DNA of 64,000 bases from Candidatus Limnocylindrales bacterium (GTDB taxonomy: Bacteria; Moduliflexota; Moduliflexia; Moduliflexales; JAUQPW01): the NCBI GenBank assembly GCA_035559535.1, contig DATMBG010000042.1, positions 62,001 to 126,000 of the forward strand, read 5' to 3'. Below the pieces are notes generated by a model that ran no database searches, was not told the origin of the DNA, and saw nothing but the letters and a program-made list of their open reading frames with translations. Positions 57,854 through 64,000 of this stretch are shown here, piece by piece; position 1 is the first letter of the stretch; every line of letters begins with the position of its first letter. Position numbers and translations under genes: made by a program.

Positions 57854-58984
57854 ATGAACCTTCTTCAGATCATCAATGTCCGCTGGTGGAACGCAGAAGC
57901 TTCCTATGCCTTGAATTTATCCAAAGGTCTTCGGGACCGGGGACATAAAGTAACCATCCTGGGCCTTCCCCATAGTCCGGTTATACGCCGGGCGGAGGAA
58001 GAAAATTTCCCGATCCTTACCTCCTTTGACCTGTGGGGTTTTAATCCCTATACGCTCTACAAGGGATTCCGCGGATTTTTGCGCTTCCTGAATCAGGAAA
58101 GATTCGATGTGATCAATGCCCACCGCTCGGAAGGATACTGCTTCGTTGCCCTGGCTGCTAAACTGGCTCAAAATAAACCGGCCCTGGTACGAACCCGGGG
58201 GGATATGCGTCCGGTCCGAAATAACCCCTTAAACCGATTCTTGTATGGAAAATGGACCGATAAGGTGATTACCTCTGGGGAAGTCATTCGAAGGAATCTA
58301 TGCCGGGATCTCTTTCTTTCTGCTCATCAGGTTCAAACCATCTACGGGAGTGTAGATCTCCAAAGATTTCATCCTTTTTTAGATGGAAGGGTGAAAAGAA
58401 AAGAACTTACCCTTGAGGAAAACGTCAAACTTATCGGCATCATCGGAAGAGTAGGATACATCAAGGGGCATCAATATCTTATCGCAGCGGCTTCCAAGAT
58501 TATTCAGATAGATCCTTCGGTCCGATTTTTATTGGCGATTAAGGAAGAAGATGAAGACATTGTGCGACTCAAAGACCTCATCGGGCAACTCCATCTTTCC
58601 CCTTATTTTATCCTGACAGGGTTTCATCCGGATATTGAGAAGGTCATGGCGGCATTGGATATAGGTATTGTAACTTCTATTGGATCAGAGGCCAATTGTC
58701 GGGTAGTTTTAGAGTTGATGGCATCGGGAAAGCCAATCGTAGCTACCCAGGTTGGAATTATTCCAGAGGTTATCGATAACGGCGTGAATGGAGTGCTGGT
58801 ACCTCCTAAAAATTCAGAAGCCCTGGCCGAGGCCATCGGTTTTCTGTTAAAAAATCCGGAAAAAGCCCGCAGTTTAGCCCAAGAAGCCCGTAAAACCGCC
58901 GAACGTAGATTTAATATCCATCGCCTGGTAGAGGAAACCGAGGCGGTTTATCGGGAGGCTTTAAAGGTCAGGCTGGTAAGATAA
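57854..58984 (+). CDS. Glycosyltransferase family 4
   Basis: IKGH, EANCRVVLELMA (EX7E), GVLVPPKN. Confidence 0.92.
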   Translation: MNLLQIINVRWWNAEASYALNLSKGLRDRGHKVTILGLPHSPVIRRAEEENFPILTSFDLWGFNPYTLYKGFRGFLRFLNQERFDVINAHRSEGYCFVALAAKLAQNKPALVRTRGDMRPVRNNPLNRFLYGKWTDKVITSGEVIRRNLCRDLFLSAHQVQTIYGSVDLQRFHPFLDGRVKRKELTLEENVKLIGIIGRVGYIKGHQYLIAAASKIIQIDPSVRFLLAIKEEDEDIVRLKDLIGQLHLSPYFILTGFHPDIEKVMAALDIGIVTSIGSEANCRVVLELMASGKPIVATQVGIIPEVIDNGVNGVLVPPKNSEALAEAIGFLLKNPEKARSLAQEARKTAERRFNIHRLVEETEAVYREALKVRLVR

Positions 58985-59001
58985 GGACGAAAATTTCTAA
59001 A

Positions 59002-60024
59002 ATGTTGGAAGCCCATAAAATACTCGTTATTCAACTTCGTCAGGTAGGAGATGTCCTTCTCACTACCCCCGCTTTGAGGGTCTTGCGGACCTACTATCCC
59101 CATAGCCATATAGCTTTTCTGACGGAAAGAGCTTCCGCTCCTCTGGTCAGGAATAACCCTCATCTGGATGAGGTGATTATAAGAAATCGCTACGGTTCCT
59201 GGCGGGAAGAACTTGAACTGATCCGTCAGATTCGCCGTCAGCAATACGATTTGGTCCTTGATTTCTTCAGAAATCCCCGAAGTGGCTGGCTTACGCTTCT
59301 CAGCGGAGCAAAATATCGGGTGGCCAGCTACCATCCTCTCAGGGCTTTTTTTTACAATATTACACCCAAAATTCAGGCCGGCAAAGGCTATGCCACTCTG
59401 GATAAGCTCGCCTTGTTAAAGGCCATCGGCCTGGAAGGAGATCTCACTCCGCCCTATCTGGAAGTACCCGAAGAAGCCAGGGCTTATATCGAGGAATTTC
59501 TCGCCGCTCAGGGCATCTCTAAGCCTGACTTGGTCATCACTATCAGTCCTACAAGCCGAAGGCAACATCGGAAATGGATACCGGAGAAATATGCCCAATT
59601 AGCCGACTGGCTTTCAGATACCTGTGGAGCTAAAATCATCTTTCTCTGGGGACCCGGAGAAAAAGAAGAAGTGGTATCGATCCTCAAAAAATGCCATCGT
59701 CCCCATATCCTGGCCTGTCCTACCGACCTTCTTCAACTGGCTGCTCTGTTGGATAAAAGCCGGCTTCATATCGGAAATGAATCGGCTCCCCGACATATCG
59801 CGGTAGCCAGAGGAACCCCCACGCTAACCATTCTGGGACCGACAAATGAAGCAAACTGGACCTACCCTTCGCCTTTCCATCGGGTGGTCTATGAATCCGT
59901 CTCCTGCCGACCCTGTGAAAAGAAAAGTTGTGCCTACCAGATGGAGTGTATGCGATATCTGACGGTAGAAAAGGTAGCCGAAGCCTGTAAAGAACTTCTT
60001 GAACAGATAAGGAGTGAAGACTAA
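59002..60024 (+). CDS. Glycosyltransferase family 9 (heptosyltransferase-like)
   Basis: QLRQVGDVLLTTP, RKW, GNESAPRHIA, CRPC. Confidence 0.9.
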   Translation: MLEAHKILVIQLRQVGDVLLTTPALRVLRTYYPHSHIAFLTERASAPLVRNNPHLDEVIIRNRYGSWREELELIRQIRRQQYDLVLDFFRNPRSGWLTLLSGAKYRVASYHPLRAFFYNITPKIQAGKGYATLDKLALLKAIGLEGDLTPPYLEVPEEARAYIEEFLAAQGISKPDLVITISPTSRRQHRKWIPEKYAQLADWLSDTCGAKIIFLWGPGEKEEVVSILKKCHRPHILACPTDLLQLAALLDKSRLHIGNESAPRHIAVARGTPTLTILGPTNEANWTYPSPFHRVVYESVSCRPCEKKSCAYQMECMRYLTVEKVAEACKELLEQIRSED

Positions 60025-60610
60025 GAGAGGGCTTCTCTACCTGCTGAAGGCTGAAGGAGTAGGGGCGTAAGGCCTTACGCCCCTACGTTCTTAAATCCCC
60101 AACTTGATGCAAAGGTCTGCGACCTTGCAGATTTATAATATTGGCATTTAGATAAAGTAGGGGCGTAAGGCCTTACGCCCCTACGTTCTTTAACCTTTCT
60201 CTTTATCCCCTAGATAAAAATTATGACCGAAAAGTTTTTATAGCACCTTGACAATCTACCGGCAGAAATATCTTTTTAATAAACTCCTTTTGAGGACCCC
60301 GGAGGGTACCCCATAGACATCAAACTAAGAGTAGGGGCATAAGGCCTTATGCCCCTACAATTTGTAAAGCTAATTTTGGGTTATTCTCCTTCACCCCAGA
60401 CCCCTCCCCCCTCTTCCCCCGTGGACGGGGGGAAGGGGTGGGGGCGGAGAGGGGAGTGGAGAGTTGATCTGGAGACTTGCCGGCTCCTTGCTCCCCTTGT
60501 GGAAGCGGGACCGGGGGTGAGGGGAAAGAGTAGGGGCGTAAGGCCTTACGCCCCTACAAGAAATGGAACGCTTAGGGTGCCTGATGGAATAAAGAGATAG
60601 GAGGATAAAG

Positions 60611-61318
60611 ATGAAGTATCGCGAAATAGCCGAAGAAATTTCTTCTCATCTGGAACTGGACATTCCTCCCATAGGCCTTTCGTTTGTCGAAACCCTACCG
60701 GATGGAATACCTGTATTTGACCGGGATACACCTTCTGCCTGTAGCTTCTGGCGAAAAGCGGAGTCCGCCATCTTCTATGCTCCGGCAGAAAAGCATTTTA
60801 ACTGCCCGGTGGGTTCAAAGGTCATGGGATTTGATATGCCCGAAGCGATTCAAGAGGAACTTAAAGGATTTGTTCAGAAGATGTGCAATGCCGGCTATTT
60901 ATCCCCGGAAGAAGCTGAAAAACTTCCTTCCATCAAGAAGAAAAAGAGTGGAATTGTCTACGGACCTTTGAAGGATTTCCCCCTGGAACCCGATTTAATC
61001 TTAATGTGGTTGACGCCACGCCAGGCCATGCTATGCGGCGAGGCTGCCGGAAATGTCCGTTGGACCTCAATTTCCCCCTCTGCTACCTTTGGACGACCGG
61101 CCTGTGCAGCTTTACCCATTGCATTTGAACAAGGACGATCTACCCTCTCCCTGGGTTGTATGGGTATGCGAACCTTTACCGAAATTCAAGAAGATAAAAT
61201 CCTGGCGGTTCTCCCAGGGAAAAGGATTCAGGAATTTCTTGAAGCCCTGAAGGTCACCCTTGAAGCTAATCGGGTCATGAAAGCCTTCTACCAGGAACAT
61301 AAAGCAAAGTTCTTGTAG
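60611..61318 (+). CDS. DUF169-like protein
   Basis: LEL..PPIGL, AC.FW, NCPVG, PACA, SLGCMGMR; GGAGG RBS. Confidence 0.7.
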   Translation: MKYREIAEEISSHLELDIPPIGLSFVETLPDGIPVFDRDTPSACSFWRKAESAIFYAPAEKHFNCPVGSKVMGFDMPEAIQEELKGFVQKMCNAGYLSPEEAEKLPSIKKKKSGIVYGPLKDFPLEPDLILMWLTPRQAMLCGEAAGNVRWTSISPSATFGRPACAALPIAFEQGRSTLSLGCMGMRTFTEIQEDKILAVLPGKRIQEFLEALKVTLEANRVMKAFYQEHKAKFL

Positions 61319-61480
61319 GGGCGTAAGGCCTTACGCCCCTACAAGAACACGGAGCCTTACGCCCCTATAAGAACACGGAGTATAGAGGCTAAATAGCGAT
61401 TCAAGAAGGAATACTCAGTTCCCTGAGAGCCGGTAGTTGAAGCAGGGGGAAGTTTCTTTCATTAAATTCTATTTTTTTCC

Positions 61481-61529
61481 TTGACGGAAATTTTCTTTGA
61501 AGCTATTATTGTTATAGTGTTCTATAACA
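61481..61529 (+). promoter_or_regulatory. Sigma70 promoter with an adjacent palindromic operator (GntR autoregulation)
   Basis: TTGACG-17 bp-TATTAT immediately followed by TGTTATAG-tgtt-CTATAACA (61510-61529). Confidence 0.7.
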
Positions 61530-61566
61530 CTTTAAGTTCAAATTCCAGATTGGGGAATTTTTGGCC

Positions 61567-62583
61567 ATGCAACTTTCCATTGATAAAAATAGCGGCTTCT
61601 CGATCAAGGCACAGCTTGCCGAGCAGATCAAATTCTTGATCAAGACTGGTAAACTGCAGCCCCATGAACGGCTTCCGACGGTTCGACAGCTGGCCGGCTT
61701 TCTAAGGATAAATCAGAATACCGTCTTTACCGTTTATAAAGAGTTGGAAAAGGAAAAGTTTCTTTATTGCTTACATGGTAAGGGGTGCTTTGTAGCCGAG
61801 CAGAAGGCCCGAACGGAGGAGAAAAACATGTCCGAGCTCCTGGAAATTTTGGAGGAGGCAATTGCCAAGGCAAAGGCGAAAGGGATTAGCCCAGAAGAGT
61901 TTGCTCTGGCCGCTTTCAGTAGAGCCCAGATGGAAGCCAGGAAGAAACCTCGTCCCCTCGAAGTTCATTTCATCGAGTGTAACCAGGCGGATTTGAAATT
62001 CTACAAAGAGCAACTGGAGAAGGAGGTTGGGATTGAAATTAAGACCTTTCTGGTAGATGAGGTAGAGCGGCAAATCAACACTGGATATTATCCTTCGAAG
62101 GATATAGATCTCGCGGTGACGACCTTCTTTCATTTGCATGAAATCAAGGAGCTCTTGAAAAATGCCCCCTTTGAGGTTATCGGAATTATGGCGGGTCCTC
62201 ATATTAAAACGCTCATGGAGTTGTCCAGTTTACCGGAGAAAACCCGGCTTGGAATTGTGTGTATTAGCTGGCGTGGAGTTAAAAACATGGAGGGATCCAT
62301 CCTTAACTCGGGACTTACCAACGTCATTCCGATTCCTTTTCCTATGACCGATCTGGCTTTATTTAAGGAGAAAATTCAACAGGTAGATACCGTTTTAACT
62401 TCCCAGGCCTGCTTTGAGAAAGTTAAAGCTCAATTACCTCCCCAGGTAAAATTGATCGTATATGACCGGGTGTTAGACCAGGGAGGAATCCAGATGCTGA
62501 AAGAGGCTATTGAGGAAATCCGGCAGAGGAAGCAGAAAGGGATTGAAAGTCAACAACCGGACTCTGGAAGCCAACCCGGGTAG
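61567..62583 (+). CDS. GntR-family transcriptional regulator with a large C-terminal domain
   Basis: QL..QIK..I..GKL.P.ERLPTVRQLA..L.IN.NTV...Y.EL...GKGCFV. Confidence 0.92.
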   Translation: MQLSIDKNSGFSIKAQLAEQIKFLIKTGKLQPHERLPTVRQLAGFLRINQNTVFTVYKELEKEKFLYCLHGKGCFVAEQKARTEEKNMSELLEILEEAIAKAKAKGISPEEFALAAFSRAQMEARKKPRPLEVHFIECNQADLKFYKEQLEKEVGIEIKTFLVDEVERQINTGYYPSKDIDLAVTTFFHLHEIKELLKNAPFEVIGIMAGPHIKTLMELSSLPEKTRLGIVCISWRGVKNMEGSILNSGLTNVIPIPFPMTDLALFKEKIQQVDTVLTSQACFEKVKAQLPPQVKLIVYDRVLDQGGIQMLKEAIEEIRQRKQKGIESQQPDSGSQPG

Positions 62584-62674
62584 GATATCCCGTTTCTATG
62601 TGACCCCTCTGGAAAAGGGGTCTGGATTACCAGACCTTCCTTTAGTTTCTAAGGGTTGTTTTCTTTTTCCAGCT

Positions 62675-62694
62675 TGTTCTAGTTTTTTAGAACA
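62675..62694. promoter_or_regulatory. Second putative GntR operator, upstream of the EamA gene
   Basis: TGTTCTAG-tttt-TTAGAACA; same geometry as 61510-61529. Confidence 0.6.
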
Positions 62695-62796
62695 TTAGAA
62701 CTATATAACCTCGCAACAACCGGGTGGTTTTTCTTCGTAGGGGCGTAAGGCCTTACGCCCCTACAAAGTTTTGAAAAGTTAATCTAACTCAAGGCT

Positions 62797-63849
62797 ATGA
62801 AGAAGGATAGGCGAAAGACTCATCATGCAGGCGTAAAGCGTTTAAACGTAAGTTCCTCTTCTGTTGGAGGGAAATCCCAAAAAGCTCTTCTCTTTATGGC
62901 ATTTGCCCTGATTTATGTGGTTTGGGGATCGACCTATCTGGCCATGCGTTTTGCCATTGAAGCGATCCCACCTTTTCTCATGATAGGTATACGATTCTTG
63001 ATTGCAGGGTCCATTCTTTACAACTGGGCCCGTTTTCAGAGTGCTTCTAAACCTACCCGCAAACATTGGGGGAACGCTACCATTATTGGAATCTTACTTC
63101 CGGCCTTTGGTACCGGTGGAGTAGCCTGGGCCGAACAATTTGTCCCTACCGGTTCTTGTAAGGGCGTAAGGCCTTACGCCCCTACTTTTATCCACCATGC
63201 CCATGTGGATGATTTTGATCGATGCCTTCCGACCGGGGGGACACGACCAAATCTACGGGTCCTGATCGGACTTATCGCCGGGTTTATCGGAGTCGCCCTT
63301 TTGATAGGTCCCGGAATCCTTACCGAAGAGGGTAAAAACATAGATCCCATGGGAGCGGTTGTTTTGATTGCCGCTGCCATTTCATGGGCGGAGGGTTCCA
63401 TCTTCTCCCGCCATGCTATTCTCCAGCCGGTTCCTTTCCAGACAGCAGGGATGGAAATGCTTGTAGGAGGTATACTCATGACCACCCTGGGACTCCTCCT
63501 GGGAGAAGGTTCTCGTATCCATCTTACCACACTTTCTGCGCGTTCCCTGCTTTCACTTTTATATCTCATTGTATTCGGTTCTCTTATAACCTATGTGGCT
63601 TATATCTGGTTACTCAAGAAAACTTCTGTAGCGGCTGTACCCACCTATGCCTAGGTTAATCCCATGGTTGCCATTTTTCTTGGCTGATGGCTTGCCGAGG
63701 AGGCTATTGGGTTAAGAATACTTCTGGCGGCCGCCATTATCATAGGTTCCGTAGCCGTAATTATTGGACAACAGGAGCGCCCATCGCCTCGAACTTCCAT
63801 ATTCCCGCGTATACTCCGGATCCAGACCCGTCATGAGTTGAATGGTTAA
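62797..63849 (+). pseudogene. EamA/DMT (YedA-like) transporter pseudogene
   Basis: IYVVWGSTYLA; REP at 63158 with a local frameshift; in-frame stops in YA*VNP (63652) and FLG*W (63685); frame continues to TAA 63847-63849. Confidence 0.85.
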
Positions 63850-63890
63850 TGGATCTCAGAGGAAACTTTAAAGGAGGTAAAGCGAAAGCG

Positions 63891-64000
63891 ATGACCCCGA
63901 CCGTAACAAAACAGGAACTGGAGCAACTCTTGCTGGAAACCCCCTTTGCAAAAATTTATGGATTCAAAATCCATGAGATCGGAGAGGGTCTATGTACCGT
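63891..64000 (+). CDS. Probable PaaI-like thioesterase, 5' fragment
   Basis: AAGGAGG RBS; MTPTVTKQELEQLLLETPFAKIYGFKIHEIGEGLCT. Confidence 0.55.
   Translation, partial: MTPTVTKQELEQLLLETPFAKIYGFKIHEIGEGLCT

Larger units (their letters stand above)
55374..63185. repeat. Family of 28-bp GTAG-type REP palindromes GTAGGGGCG-TAAGGCCTTA-CGCCCCTAC (12 copies plus one partial)
   Basis: Copies start at 55374, 55532, 55695, 56881, 56963, 60059, 60157, 60331, 60530, 61315, 62737 and 63158; partial at 61354. Confidence 0.92.

Noticed and set aside
63652-63687. Stop-codon recoding (Pyl/Sec or alternative code) in EamA
   Set aside because: The stops replace Tyr and Trp in a gene that is already frameshifted, and TAG and TGA end many intact genes in this window

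Overview
Bacterial chromosomal window from a diderm (LPS core glycosyltransferase cluster). It has about 47 CDS and no rRNA, tRNA, CRISPR array or transposase that I could recognise. Core content: GAF-PAS-GGDEF-EAL protein, class II RNR-like protein, M1 peptidase, solo mreB, a four-gene vWA cluster, larC, xdhC, BoxB-like epoxidase with two crotonases, solo nuoA, pduO-type ATR, lipA, pdhABC, a sigma70-family factor, tldD/pmbA, prmC, murA, two acyl-CoA ligases, five LPS glycosyltransferases and a GntR regulator. Most notable: (1) A hidden selenoprotein. Two annotated ORFs join through an in-frame UGA (GG-U-PL-C, plus a SECIS-like hairpin) into a PrdB-like protein, which sits in the pdhABC-lipA run with no prdA or E3 gene in the window. 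(2) A C-terminally short NrdJ with substitutions at active-site motifs (redox Cys to Ser, radical Cys kept). It lies behind a sigma54-type promoter and a c-di-GMP-I riboswitch, tail-to-tail with the GGDEF-EAL gene. (3) An mxaACKL/Bat-like vWA operon with no MoxR or client enzyme nearby. (4) A short BoxB-like enzyme paired with a Dch-like hydratase, without boxA/boxC. (5) Several families of palindromic REP/MITE-like repeats; one copy disrupts an EamA gene and another appears to be retained in frame inside PrmC. All family assignments come from motif recognition by eye; no searches were run.
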